Assembly (NCBI RefSeq): GCF_900232105.1
Contig: NZ_LT934425.1
Coordinates: 660,001-692,000 of the forward strand
DNA from: Candidatus Kuenenia stuttgartensis
GTDB taxonomy: Bacteria > Planctomycetota > Brocadiia > Brocadiales > Brocadiaceae
DNA: 32,000 nucleotides
Reading direction: 5' to 3'
The stretch's first letter is position 1, and each line of letters begins with the position of its first letter. A program made the translations under genes and the position numbers. The notes beneath the pieces are model-generated. The model saw nothing but the letters and a program-made list of their open reading frames with translations, was not told the origin of the DNA and did not search any database. This document shows positions 1 through 10,592 of the stretch, one piece after another.

Positions 1-150
1 AATCGCTGGACCGGACATATTGAGACATGGCTGGAAAAGCATTATGGCGATAAATGGCATACTTATTTGGAACAGGCGCTTGAAAACGAAGATAACAGGC
101 CTGGCAGAAAAAAGAAGGAGAAAATATTCAAAAGCAAGATGACAAAATGA
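1..150 (+). CDS. C-terminal fragment of a hypothetical protein, truncated by the window edge
   Basis: Frame 1 is open from base 1 to TGA at 148-150 (NRWTGHIETWLEKHYGDKWHTYLEQALENEDNRPGRKKKEKIFKSKMTK). Confidence 0.45.
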   Translation, partial: NRWTGHIETWLEKHYGDKWHTYLEQALENEDNRPGRKKKEKIFKSKMTK

Positions 151-412
151 AACATCCATGAACCTTTGGTTCACAAACATGTAGTAAAATAAATAATCCA
201 CAAATTACCACGATTTCCACAGATCAGGAGAAGATTAAAGCGGTTTTTTATCTGCGCTAATCGTTCGACTCACGACGAAGTCTGCGAAATCTGCGGATAA
301 GAATTATTTTAAGGAAGCAAACATTTTACTATGTATACTGTACTATCATATGCACTGCAAATTTTTTCAAAAGAGTAAGGTGTTGCAAAATCGTAAGCCT
401 CTTGATTATTCC

Positions 413-1534
413 TTATGCATAGTATTCAAGCAGTACATTTAGTATCTCTTTTGTGTTTGTTTTGCTTTTATCAAATATTACTTTCCCATAAGGCTCTCTT
501 GGCCCCCATCTGTCAAAGTTTGGTTTGGAAAAAAGAGCGATAGTTTTCGTCCCTACTGCAACTGCAAGATGCATTGGGCCTGAATCAGGAGTTACTATGA
601 CCTTACACTTTGATACTAAGGCAGCTACTTCGCGCAATGTGGCATTTTTTATGTATAAGGCAGATCCTATTACCGATTGTATACATTTTTCATTTCCCAT
701 CTCTTCTGGCCCTATAAATATTACCATGGGGATATGCCGTGTTCTCAGATTCTCTGCAATAATACCAAAACTTTCCAGATTCCATGCCTTTCCTTTTTTT
801 TGTCTGCCGCCGGTAAATATGCCAATCGGTTTCTTAAATGAATCTCCGAAATGCAATTTGAAGAAATCTTCTGCCCTGAGCTGTTCTTCCGGTTTGAGTA
901 TAATTTTGCGTTCATCAAAAGCTGCTATCCCTATTTGTTGCATACATTCCCGGATTTGATCTACCTTGTGACGCGATTGTGGATGTTTAAAAACAGAGGT
1001 AAACAATATATTGCCATCGTTTCGCATACACCCGATGCGATGCCTGGTTCCGGATGCATATGTGATATAGGCGCCCAGTGAATTAGTCGCCGTGCTTAGA
1101 TGAATGGCTGCATCGTACTTTTCTTTTCGAAGTATTGTAATAAGACGCCATAATCGATGCGGAAGCACAGTGTCTATTCGTTTGATAGTATGAATTTGTT
1201 TTATGGCATATCCCTCCAGTATGGATTTTGCATGCCTCCCCCCAACAAAACAGAATTGCACATTTGGCAGGGCTTTAATAAGCGCTGATACAGCGGGGGT
1301 AACCAGGATAGTATTCCCTAAACGTTGGTTTACGGAAACAAGCAGTATCTTCTTCATTGCATACAGGTTGGGCAAAGGTTCAACGCCAACATGCATCATA
1401 CGTGCAAGAGCCAGTAAAAAGATACGGCGAATACTGAGTTTCAGGCAGCGCAGAAAACTTGAACGTTTGAAATGTTTCCCGGATAAAGCGAGACCAAATT
1501 CATCTTTTAAAACAGGGGTATATTGCTTTTCCAT
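413..1534 (-). CDS. Glycosyltransferase family 9 (heptosyltransferase-like)
   Basis: Motifs KILLVSVNQRLGNTILVTPAVSALIKALP, GIFTGGRQKKGKAWNLESF, VTPDSGPMHLAVAVGTKTIALF are typical of ADP-heptose:LPS heptosyltransferases. Confidence 0.88.
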   Translation of the reverse strand: MEKQYTPVLKDEFGLALSGKHFKRSSFLRCLKLSIRRIFLLALARMMHVGVEPLPNLYAMKKILLVSVNQRLGNTILVTPAVSALIKALPNVQFCFVGGRHAKSILEGYAIKQIHTIKRIDTVLPHRLWRLITILRKEKYDAAIHLSTATNSLGAYITYASGTRHRIGCMRNDGNILFTSVFKHPQSRHKVDQIRECMQQIGIAAFDERKIILKPEEQLRAEDFFKLHFGDSFKKPIGIFTGGRQKKGKAWNLESFGIIAENLRTRHIPMVIFIGPEEMGNEKCIQSVIGSALYIKNATLREVAALVSKCKVIVTPDSGPMHLAVAVGTKTIALFSKPNFDRWGPREPYGKVIFDKSKTNTKEILNVLLEYYA

Positions 1535-1711
1535 CTTTTCCTTTGATTACTCGTTTAAAAGAATATGTCACAATAAATGACAACTCTTATACCAGGCAAA
1601 CATTAAGGGTTGATGAAGAAGACATGAAGAAAGCTTAATGTGTAAGGCAATTGATACATCAATCAAGGGAAGCGTTGGTACCGCTTAAGATACGTGTAAC
1701 TAAAAAACAGG

Positions 1712-3142
1712 TTAGCGATTGAAATGACTTTTTGGAAGGGTAACTAAAAAAGCGCTGCCTTTTCCTATTGTGCTTTTTACTTCTATTTTTCCTTTATGAA
1801 GGTCTGCTATGTTTTTGCAAATACTTAATCCCAGGCCTACCCCTCCGGTATCCCTTGACCTTGAAGCATCTACACGAAAAAACCTGTCAAAAATCTTGTT
1901 ATGGTCATTTTCGGAAATCCCTATTCCGGAGTCCCTGATTGAAACAATAACTTCATTTTCCAAATCTTTCAGAGAAATGCAAATATTGCCTCCCGGGGAA
2001 GTATATTTAATCGCATTATCCAAAAGATTGGAAAACAAACGATAGAGTAATTTTTGATCTCCATCTATTGTAATATTTTCCATCTTACTTATTGTGCAGT
2101 CTATTTTTTTAGTTTCTGTAATTACTTGAAACGCTGTGTAAAGTTCACACAGCATTTTTTTAAGATCAACATCATAGAACTCTTGTTTTGCCGCGTCTGT
2201 TTTCAGCAAAACCAGTAAATCATTTATCATGTTAATTATTTTTTCATGCTCAATTAAATTATTTTCCAGCAGTTCGCAATATTCTTCCGGGGTTCTTTGT
2301 TTTGCAAGCATTACTTCTATTCCGGCTTTTAGAGCAGCAAGCGGCGTTCTTAATTCATGGGAAACATCAGAGGTAAATTGAATAATTTTTCGGAAGGCAT
2401 CTTCAAGACGGTCTAACATAAGATTAATTGTATCCGTCAATTCTTCTAACTCACTTCCTGTATGTGCGGGTTTAAGTCTTGTATGTAAATTGTATGCCGT
2501 TATTGTTTTGGCTGCGTTTGTAATATATCCGACAGGATCAAGGCTTTTTTTGGCGATAAACCAGCCTCCTATGATAGTGATAATAACAATTCCCGGCATT
2601 ATCACTATTATATCATCCCTGAAATTTTTTAATGTTTTATATGATGGCTTCAGAGAGGTAGCCATCTGTAAAACATATTTCGGGCTGTTATCCTGGAATA
2701 CGGGTATTGTTAAAAGAAGGAAGCTATCGGTTGAATCTTTTGGTTTGGCGGTATCGAATGTTTCATTTCCATTTTTTGCATTGTTAATTGCTTTTTCAAA
2801 AGTTTTTAAAGGGAACTCAATGGAATTTACCGATGTAATGATTGAATTATTTTCTATATCATATAACAATGCTGATATTTTAAAAAATTTCCCGACGGAA
2901 ACTTCTTTTTCGATTTCAGTTTTCAGGGCATCCAGATTTAAATTCGTTTCCGTAAAATGTTGTAAAATATCTTCACCTTCATCTAAAAGGATTGCACACA
3001 TTTCTTTATTAAGTACATAGTATAAACGATAGTATAAGTATATTCCTAAAATGACTACTATTAGCAATACTGAAGTAGCGTACCAGAGTGTTATTTTAAA
3101 ACCAATTGTTCGGAAAAATTTAATCTCTTTCTTCGAGAACAT
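1712..3142 (-). CDS. Sensor histidine kinase (HAMP, HisKA, HATPase)
   Basis: SDVSHELRTPLAALKAGIEVM (H box), LLDNAIKYTSPGG (N box), DSGIGISENDHNKIFDRFFR, GGVGLGLSICKNI; N-terminal and second TM segments. Overlaps the regulator gene. Confidence 0.95.
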   Translation of the reverse strand: MFSKKEIKFFRTIGFKITLWYATSVLLIVVILGIYLYYRLYYVLNKEMCAILLDEGEDILQHFTETNLNLDALKTEIEKEVSVGKFFKISALLYDIENNSIITSVNSIEFPLKTFEKAINNAKNGNETFDTAKPKDSTDSFLLLTIPVFQDNSPKYVLQMATSLKPSYKTLKNFRDDIIVIMPGIVIITIIGGWFIAKKSLDPVGYITNAAKTITAYNLHTRLKPAHTGSELEELTDTINLMLDRLEDAFRKIIQFTSDVSHELRTPLAALKAGIEVMLAKQRTPEEYCELLENNLIEHEKIINMINDLLVLLKTDAAKQEFYDVDLKKMLCELYTAFQVITETKKIDCTISKMENITIDGDQKLLYRLFSNLLDNAIKYTSPGGNICISLKDLENEVIVSIRDSGIGISENDHNKIFDRFFRVDASRSRDTGGVGLGLSICKNIADLHKGKIEVKSTIGKGSAFLVTLPKSHFNR

Positions 3143-3794
3143 AGCCGACCCTTCTCACCGTATGTATAATGCCTTTATCAAAATCTTTCTCCAGTTTATT
3201 TCTTAAACGACTAATGTGAACATCAATTACATTGCTAAAGCTTTCATAATTGTAATCCCATATGTGCTCAGAAATCATCGTTCTGGTTAAAATCTGTCCT
3301 GGGTTTCTCATGAAATATTCAAGAATAGAGAATTCAATGGGCGTTAACTCAATCTTTTGTTTATCCCGGAATACTTTTCTGGTTTTGGGATCAAGTGTTA
3401 CATTGCCTGTTTTTAAATTTGATACATAATTGTCTGTTCTTCTCCTCATGCAAGCGCGAATACGTGCTAACAGCTCGGAAAAAGAAAAAGGCTTGACTAT
3501 ATAATCGTCAGCTCCAATATCCAGACCGTTTACTTTATCGTTTACGGAATCTATTGCCGTGAGAAATATTGCCGGAGTGTGAATTCCGGTGTTTCTTATT
3601 TGTTTCAGTACTTCCTTTCCATTGATTCCCGGAAGCATTATATCTACTACTATGAGGTCATAATTCTCATGTGTCGCCAAATGTAAGCCATCAATACCAT
3701 TATGCGCTATATCAACAGTATAGGAATTTTCCTCAAGGCCTTGTTTTAAATACTTTGCAATTTTTTTTTCATCTTCTATGATTAAAATTTTCAT
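3120..3794 (-). CDS. OmpR/PhoB-family response regulator
   Basis: MKILIIEDEKKIAKYLKQGLEENSYTVDIAHNG...LIVVDIMLPGINGKEVL plus a winged-helix C-terminus. The start at 3794 is preferred over the track start 3845 because the receiver domain begins at this Met. Confidence 0.94.
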   Translation of the reverse strand: MKILIIEDEKKIAKYLKQGLEENSYTVDIAHNGIDGLHLATHENYDLIVVDIMLPGINGKEVLKQIRNTGIHTPAIFLTAIDSVNDKVNGLDIGADDYIVKPFSFSELLARIRACMRRRTDNYVSNLKTGNVTLDPKTRKVFRDKQKIELTPIEFSILEYFMRNPGQILTRTMISEHIWDYNYESFSNVIDVHISRLRNKLEKDFDKGIIHTVRRVGYVLEERD

Positions 3795-3835
3795 GGGGAT
3801 TAACTTTATTATCGGATGCAATATGAAGAGTCTGT

Positions 3836-3997
3836 ATGCCAACAAGCAAAAATGACCGGTGGCAATCTCTGAATCGGGAGGATATGATACCCTTGTTCCA
3901 CCGTACCTATCAGGAAATCATTGCAGATACGGCTGTTTTTTGCACAGTTCCGGAAAGAGTAAAAAGCCGTATGGAAGAGTTGTTGGCTGGATATTAA
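3836..3997 (+). CDS. Possible 53-aa hypothetical protein
   Basis: ATG at 3836 to TAA at 3995-3997: MPTSKNDRWQSLNREDMIPLFHRTYQEIIADTAVFCTVPERVKSRMEELLAGY. Below the track cut-off; composition looks coding but there is no family match. Confidence 0.25.
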   Translation: MPTSKNDRWQSLNREDMIPLFHRTYQEIIADTAVFCTVPERVKSRMEELLAGY

Positions 3998-4145
3998 AAG
4001 GCACTCGATGGAGGCGTTAAAAATTGAGGACACACAATAAAAGTCCAACATTCAAGGACTCGGTGTATACAGTTGACAACTTACACAACATACTGTCATA
4101 AAATTGCTTAGGCGACATTATTTCCATTTTCGTAATAAACTCACG

Positions 4146-5546
4146 TTAGCGAACTTTTAACCGTGTGTATCCCTGATGCTCGCCATAAATATCAGACCAG
4201 ACGATACCAACGTCCCACAGTTCTCCCTTTTTCATCAGGTTAAGCAATGCTCCAAATTCTTCAATGTTATTCACCCGATACTGCCCTACATATACAAGTA
4301 CATGGCCTGCCTTAATTCCAACATTCTCCGCAGGACTTTTCTTTTGGACTTCAGAGATTAGCACCCCACCCTTAACCCACCATAAATTCAATTGTTGCGC
4401 AAGCTGCGGGGTTAGGTCCTGGACGTAAAGCCCAAGTTTCTCCAAGGCAAGCTTTTCCGCCGAAGGCATTGGAGCCTTTTCAAGGCTAACCGACAACTCC
4501 ATTTCCTGACCATTGCGATTAATGGTAATAATTAATTTATCACCTGCATCCTTTTTCAGAATATATTTTTCAAAATCAAGCACATCAAAGATTCTTTTCG
4601 AATCAATCTTTATAATACAATCTCCGGTTTTTATTTTTGCCTTATGTGCCGGACTTTCCTTTTCAACGGAAGTGACCAGTATACCATTTGAAACATAGCC
4701 CTGCTCCTCTACTTGTGCGCCAAACCATATTTTATTAATCTCCCTGAAGTTAAATAGTTTGACAAGTGTTTCACGAACCTTATCCACAGGAATGGCAAAC
4801 CCTATACCCTGCGCATGATTTACGATTGCCGTGTTTATCCCGATAAGTTCTCCGTCAATATTAATCAAAGGCCCTCCGCTGTTTCCCGGGTTTATCAAGG
4901 CGTCTGTTTGAATAAGCCCGTTATATTCGAGGTTGCCATATTCCCCGCTAAAAGTAAAAGTACGGTTCTTTGCGCTTAGAACACCGATAGTTACCGAATT
5001 TTCCAGACCAAACGGGTTACCCAGGGCAATCACCGTTTCGCCGATCATAAGGTCCTTTGACGTGCCCATTTTAACATAAGGAAGCGGGCTTTCTGATTCT
5101 ATTTTTAACACGGCAAGATCGGTCACAGGATCAGAACTAATCATAGTAGCCTCGTAGTTTTTGCCATCTGCCAGCCTTACATTAAGCTTTGAAGCCCGGC
5201 TTACAACATGTTCGTTTGTTACGATATAACCGTCCTCATCAATAATTACCCCTGAACCCAAAGGCTTTTCTACTACCTTCCGTTGACTCTTATTAAAATA
5301 ATCATTAAAAAATTGTTCAAATAATTCGCTCCTGAACCCAAAAAAAGGATCTCCGTACCGTTGTTTAATAAATCTTTCCGTGCTGATATTAGCAACTGCA
5401 GCGCTTGTCTTTTCCACGGCAACGACCACAGGCGTCCTGCGGTTAGAATGCTCATTTAAAGCAAATGCCGCATTATTTGACAATAATGCGGCATTTGCAC
5501 ATATGAAGACAATAAAATTGAAAAGAGAAAACAATTGATGCTTCAT
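4146..5546 (-). CDS. Do/DegP-like periplasmic serine protease with PDZ domains (HtrA family)
   Basis: Signal-like N-terminus, GSGVIIDEDGYIVTNEHVV, TDPVTDLAVLKIE, QTDALINPGNSGGPLINIDGELIGIN catalytic Ser region, two PDZ-like regions. Confidence 0.95.
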   Translation of the reverse strand: MKHQLFSLFNFIVFICANAALLSNNAAFALNEHSNRRTPVVVAVEKTSAAVANISTERFIKQRYGDPFFGFRSELFEQFFNDYFNKSQRKVVEKPLGSGVIIDEDGYIVTNEHVVSRASKLNVRLADGKNYEATMISSDPVTDLAVLKIESESPLPYVKMGTSKDLMIGETVIALGNPFGLENSVTIGVLSAKNRTFTFSGEYGNLEYNGLIQTDALINPGNSGGPLINIDGELIGINTAIVNHAQGIGFAIPVDKVRETLVKLFNFREINKIWFGAQVEEQGYVSNGILVTSVEKESPAHKAKIKTGDCIIKIDSKRIFDVLDFEKYILKKDAGDKLIITINRNGQEMELSVSLEKAPMPSAEKLALEKLGLYVQDLTPQLAQQLNLWWVKGGVLISEVQKKSPAENVGIKAGHVLVYVGQYRVNNIEEFGALLNLMKKGELWDVGIVWSDIYGEHQGYTRLKVR

Positions 5547-5588
5547 CCGAATATCTTCTTATAAATTAAAAACCATTTTTTATGTTAC

Positions 5589-8018
5589 TCAGTGAAAACT
5601 GCCTTGTGGGCTGCTGCCCGGTGGCTTGCCGTGCATACCTCCTCCGCCGTATTCACCGGGAATCTGGTCTTTTGTTGTATTCAACACATCTATTGCTTCC
5701 TTTAAATTCCTTTCGACTGCCTGCATGGTAAAATCATCTTCTTTTCTCATAAGCTTCGCTACCTTATCTTTACCGATAACGTAGATACATTCGGAATTTT
5801 TACTCTTTGCATAATAGTTATTTTCATCCTTCTTTTTTCCGATATAAAGGACTTCATCACGTTCACCCAAGCCAATGATAATAGACAGTTGCGGTTCATC
5901 TAATGCAAACTGTGTCAGATTTGTTGCTTTGTACTGTTCTATATATTCACCCGTCAGTCTTTCAAGGTTATGGACATAATATTCCACTTCCCGGCTTTGA
6001 AAGTCTTTTACATCGTAATTTTTTAACGTCCAAAAATTATCCGCCTTTTCTATCTGTATTTCCCTGTCAGGATAGACGAGGGTAAGTTTTCTCACATCCA
6101 TCCTTTCAAAATCTAAAATCTTTGTCGGGGCTAACTCGGCATTAAAATCCCTTATTTTTGGCCAGGACAACTCAAATACCAAATTAACTCCGTCAATCAT
6201 AGCATATGAATTGTCCATATCTCCCCCCCCAACAGTATTCCCTATCAACAATGTTTTTGTCTCAATGATTTTGTTAATAGTGTCTTTCGCATCAGTTGCT
6301 ATATTTTGTTTTTCAGATTTTTGATTAATAATTTTTTCGTATGTCACGTGAATTTTCATTCTTGGATTATCCAAACCGAAAACACTAAGATCCGAGGGGT
6401 TTTCCGCAACATAATTTTCCGCTTTTAAGAAAGAGAGATCCCATACGATTTGATTCACCTTGTCTGCATCAGCACGCGCCTGAATCGGTTTGCTTAGTTC
6501 CCAAATAGCATTACCTTCTTCGTCTGTTTTATTCGTTTTTTCACATAAAAAAGTGCGGTCTGTTTTTTCAATTACAATCTTCTTAACCAGTTCTTTATCA
6601 AAATCGCAGACCAATCTGTCTCTGAAAGCAATCAGCGCATTTTCAAGCTTGTCATAAAATTCAACCGTTGAAACGGTATATACCGGATCTTCATCTACCC
6701 GCTTTACATAACATTTATTACCTTCGGGCAATTTATTTCCCACATAAAATCTTGACAATTCTTTATTTTCTTCTTTTATCACGGAAACCTCAAATACAGG
6801 ATCTTTTAACCCATATACTGATAAATCTTCCGGTTTGTCAGAAACAAAGTCTACTATTTCAAGAGTTTTAATTTTCTCAATAAAATTCCTAGCACTGTCC
6901 TGATCCGCATAAATATCAATTGGTTTTCTGATAACCCAGTCAAGCTCCAGTGATTTTTCGATGGATATCGTATCTTTTTTTGTTTTAAATTCCAGCTTGT
7001 TCACTCCATACGAACCGTAAGAATCAAACCTCACTAAAACCCTATCTCTCAGATCGTTTGGTTTCTTTTTGATTTCAGCAAGAATATTATCCTTTAGCAA
7101 AAAAATACTTTTCTCATCTACACGCTTAGCATACACTTTGTTATCAAGTGAGTATCCGAAAATGACCGATTGATCATGTCCCCGTTCAGTAACTGTAACC
7201 ATATATGCCGGATTATCCAGCCCGAACTTGGACAGCTCTACTTCTCCTTCCGGAAGAAAATCCTCCCGATCGATTTCGAGATTTTTAAGTTTTGCGATGA
7301 TATCTCTTACCTTTTGCAAATCAGCCAGGTCGTCAAGAGGTTCCTTAATTCTCCAAAACTCTCTGTCTTTCTCACAAACAATGTTATATTCTTTTGTTTT
7401 TATTTGCAGTCGCGTAACCGCTTCTTTGTCAAAGGTAAAGACCCACTTGCTTCTTAAATCAAGAATGCTTTTATTGATTTTTTCCAGCAAGCTACCCGGT
7501 ACAACAAAAACTTCATCATTTGTGTCAAGTTTAATATATACATTATCGCCCGCCGCAAGTCTTTCTCCAATGAATACGGTGTATTTATTGCTTGGCCCTG
7601 TTATCTGTATTTTGTCCGGACTGGTTTTTACACTTGTGTACATCGTGATATAGTTCTCTTGTTTATCAAAACCATAATATTTTAAGTCAAATGGTTTGTC
7701 TCCTTCTTTTTCAAATGAGCCTACTTTCGACATAAACTCAAACTCGGAGAGAATACTTGAGACCTCAGAATTATTTGCACGCAGCCTGTAAGGTTCCACA
7801 ATAAACCAAAAACCATTCTCAGCTTTTTCCAGTACTATTTTACCGGTTTCGTTCTTTAATTCTATCTTGTTCACCAGTGACGCTTTGAAATATGGCAGCA
7901 CCTTTTTTTGTAACCGCTCCCACTCCTCTTGGGGCAGTTGCTTTTTTTCATAAACAAATATATACGTTATGCCTATAATTGCAATTATTAAGAGAATTAT
8001 GGTAGTTTTAAATTTCAT
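5589..8018 (-). CDS. DUF4340-domain-containing protein with repeated domains
   Basis: N-terminal TM, then repeated blocks of 'W.I..P...AD...v..il..l..L....fv....dL..yGLd.P...v.v'. Located next to the GldG-like and ABC genes, as is usual for this family. Confidence 0.8.
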   Translation of the reverse strand: MKFKTTIILLIIAIIGITYIFVYEKKQLPQEEWERLQKKVLPYFKASLVNKIELKNETGKIVLEKAENGFWFIVEPYRLRANNSEVSSILSEFEFMSKVGSFEKEGDKPFDLKYYGFDKQENYITMYTSVKTSPDKIQITGPSNKYTVFIGERLAAGDNVYIKLDTNDEVFVVPGSLLEKINKSILDLRSKWVFTFDKEAVTRLQIKTKEYNIVCEKDREFWRIKEPLDDLADLQKVRDIIAKLKNLEIDREDFLPEGEVELSKFGLDNPAYMVTVTERGHDQSVIFGYSLDNKVYAKRVDEKSIFLLKDNILAEIKKKPNDLRDRVLVRFDSYGSYGVNKLEFKTKKDTISIEKSLELDWVIRKPIDIYADQDSARNFIEKIKTLEIVDFVSDKPEDLSVYGLKDPVFEVSVIKEENKELSRFYVGNKLPEGNKCYVKRVDEDPVYTVSTVEFYDKLENALIAFRDRLVCDFDKELVKKIVIEKTDRTFLCEKTNKTDEEGNAIWELSKPIQARADADKVNQIVWDLSFLKAENYVAENPSDLSVFGLDNPRMKIHVTYEKIINQKSEKQNIATDAKDTINKIIETKTLLIGNTVGGGDMDNSYAMIDGVNLVFELSWPKIRDFNAELAPTKILDFERMDVRKLTLVYPDREIQIEKADNFWTLKNYDVKDFQSREVEYYVHNLERLTGEYIEQYKATNLTQFALDEPQLSIIIGLGERDEVLYIGKKKDENNYYAKSKNSECIYVIGKDKVAKLMRKEDDFTMQAVERNLKEAIDVLNTTKDQIPGEYGGGGMHGKPPGSSPQGSFH

Positions 8019-8181
8019 TGCTTAACTATTTCCTCCCACGAAGAATAAACTCTAATCAGAAGCGACTGCCACATAAATAATTTTGCCTTATATAAAAATG
8101 TATGAAATACAAAGGTCACACATTATTAAAAATCCAGACAACATGGATAAACACCAATCACCTGGGAATTGCCGTTCATTC

Positions 8182-9891
8182 CTAACGACGTCTTTTCCAC
8201 CACACGATACCGCCAATAACTATCGGAACCAAAGGAATACCAGCAATTGAAACCCAAAAAATAACTTTCATTTGTTCTGGGTGAATCACCGCCTTACGGA
8301 AATCAGCATCTTTGGCGGAAATACCTAATTGTGTCTCCTTCTTAGCAAGCCAATTAATTGAATTACGCACTAAATCATGATTGCCGGGATTATCTCCAAA
8401 CTCGTTTGTGGCAAAGTCCACATCTCCAAAAACAACCAGCCTTGCACCTGTTGGTTTTGCATTCGGGTCGTTTGCCATTGCAGGGTGCGCCTGTGTGACG
8501 CTTTTCGGCAATTCTTTCACCTGGGATGCCGCCGCCAGAGAAATAGGACTTAATACATCTGTTTCCATGTTTTTCTCTGGTTTTTTATATTTCAAATCCG
8601 CAATATCTGTTTCTCCCCAGGCGCTATCGGGCGCGTACATCAATACCTTAGCCTCATACGGCATTTGGTCATTCGGAGGGGCGGCATCTATGGAACATGC
8701 GCCGTAAAGTATCGTATTGTAATTTTTCAAATCGTCGGTAATTCTGTGGTCGCCATATTCTTCATTTTTTACATAAATCTCTGCAACCGTTTGTATACCA
8801 AACAGCGGCATCTTTACAGTATTATAAATTACAATGTCATCACGAACTACCATGCCATATTCTCCCAAAAGAGTTCCGAAACCGGTAGTGATATTGGGTG
8901 GAACTGCGGGTTCCAGCATGAGCAGCAAATTCCCTCTGTTTTCCAGATAATTTCTTATAATATTCAGCTCTTCTGTCAGATATGCCTTGGAAGGTCCCGC
9001 AACAATCAACACGTCGCAGTCATCAGGGATTTTCTTTTTATCCATGATATTCAAAGGCGCTACGCGACAGTTGTCACGTTTCAGGGCATTTGCGATTCCG
9101 GAAATACCGACCCTGTCGTAATCGTCAAATTGGCGTTCACCGTGCCCCTGAACAAAATAAATCGTTGTTTGTTTTTCCTGTGTAACGTTGAGGATTGCCC
9201 CCGTAAAAGCTTCTTCTCCTTTAAACCTAAAAGGATATTGCCGCTCCATCACGTCACTCTGTTGTACATGCTTGCTATATTCCCCGCATTCAAACACAAC
9301 AGAATTTAATTGAAGGTCACTGATTTTCAGGCGCATTGCTAATTCTTCCACCTTGCTGCGACTTCTCAGTGGGTCAATATTTTCAATCTTTATTTTTTCT
9401 GTGTTGTTATGCGCGTATTCTTTCAAAATGTCTACAATTTGCTCAAAAAACATCTCGCCCTGATTGAAGAGAGTGGTGATCACGACAGGTTTATCGAGAT
9501 TCTTAAGTATATTTTTTGTTTTTTGTGAGAGAGTATATTTCCCGGTAAGTGTAAGATCAAACCTTACATAGTGCCTATGGTTAAGGAAGCCAACAATTGC
9601 AAAAATACTTGCGGCAAAAATCGACATGACCGCTACGTTTGTTCCGACAAGGGCTTTTCTCTTGGACGCTTCCGTAGAAAACCACTTGTTTCTCATCGCT
9701 TTTAAAATACTAAACCCAATAATGATAGCACTACCAATACCCGTGGGCACTACCGAAGACACACTCCAGCCATTTAATATCCTGGATAACCCAAAACCGG
9801 ATATTGCTGCAATAATTCCGGCTAATATGATATAACCACTGTACAAATCAATCCAATCTTTCTTTTTATCACTCACAGCACTCATCTCCAT
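8182..9891 (-). CDS. GldG-family protein (ABC-type uncharacterised auxiliary component)
   Basis: FDLTLTGKYTLSQKTKNILKNLDKPVVITTLF, IYFVQGHGERQF, DCDVLIVAGPSKAYLTEEL, plus terminal TM segments. Confidence 0.85.
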   Translation of the reverse strand: MEMSAVSDKKKDWIDLYSGYIILAGIIAAISGFGLSRILNGWSVSSVVPTGIGSAIIIGFSILKAMRNKWFSTEASKRKALVGTNVAVMSIFAASIFAIVGFLNHRHYVRFDLTLTGKYTLSQKTKNILKNLDKPVVITTLFNQGEMFFEQIVDILKEYAHNNTEKIKIENIDPLRSRSKVEELAMRLKISDLQLNSVVFECGEYSKHVQQSDVMERQYPFRFKGEEAFTGAILNVTQEKQTTIYFVQGHGERQFDDYDRVGISGIANALKRDNCRVAPLNIMDKKKIPDDCDVLIVAGPSKAYLTEELNIIRNYLENRGNLLLMLEPAVPPNITTGFGTLLGEYGMVVRDDIVIYNTVKMPLFGIQTVAEIYVKNEEYGDHRITDDLKNYNTILYGACSIDAAPPNDQMPYEAKVLMYAPDSAWGETDIADLKYKKPEKNMETDVLSPISLAAASQVKELPKSVTQAHPAMANDPNAKPTGARLVVFGDVDFATNEFGDNPGNHDLVRNSINWLAKKETQLGISAKDADFRKAVIHPEQMKVIFWVSIAGIPLVPIVIGGIVWWKRRR

Positions 9892-10592
9892 CTCCTGCTT
9901 TCAACAATGCGTACGACAATGAATAAAAGTAACGTCGAAAAACTAAAGTAATAGACTATATCTCTTGTATCCACAATCCCTTTAGTAAATGTTTCCCAGT
10001 GATCATACGTGCCGATATACCGTAAAGTACTATAAAGCCACCCTTCGTTTTCCGCACTTGCCAATCCAATTACCAGCAATATAAGTAACGCTACAATACC
10101 GGTAACCGCCGCAACAATTTGATTTTTTGTTACTGCAGAAACGAGCATACCGACAGAGACAAACAGCCCCCCCATTAACACCAATCCAATATAACTGGCA
10201 ATTATTGCACCATAATCGGGGGAACCCACCCATGCCAGAAAAATAATATAAAATGCCGTTGGAGCAATCATGATATTATATAATGCCCATGCTGCCAGGA
10301 ATTTTCCAAAAACCACTGCAAAATCGGTAATCGGTGCCGTCATGAGCGGTTCAACCGTCCCGGTTTTATTTTCCTCTGCCAGCAATCGCATCGTAATGAC
10401 GGGGGTGAGAATGGAGAGAATGAATTGTGTATATGCCAGGCTGTATCTCAATGTTGTTTCCTGCGTTATACCCAACATAATTGAGAAAAAATAACCCGAA
10501 AACACCATAAATACCGCGATAATAACGTAGGCGATTGGGGAAAGAAAATATGCATTGATTTCTCTTTCAAAGATAGTACCTGTGCTTGTCAT
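9882..10592 (-). CDS. ABC-2 type transporter permease (GldF-like)
   Basis: Six-TM pattern, IFEREINAYFLSPIAYVIIAVFM, PVITMRLLAEENKTGTVEPLMTAPITDFAVVFGKFLAAW. Confidence 0.88.
   Translation of the reverse strand: MTSTGTIFEREINAYFLSPIAYVIIAVFMVFSGYFFSIMLGITQETTLRYSLAYTQFILSILTPVITMRLLAEENKTGTVEPLMTAPITDFAVVFGKFLAAWALYNIMIAPTAFYIIFLAWVGSPDYGAIIASYIGLVLMGGLFVSVGMLVSAVTKNQIVAAVTGIVALLILLVIGLASAENEGWLYSTLRYIGTYDHWETFTKGIVDTRDIVYYFSFSTLLLFIVVRIVESRRWR

Noticed and set aside
525-10494. Many 60-200 aa ORFs antisense to long genes (e.g. 525-959, 2490-3020, 8665-9309)
   Set aside because: They mirror well-supported genes on the opposite strand and show no domain-like sequence.
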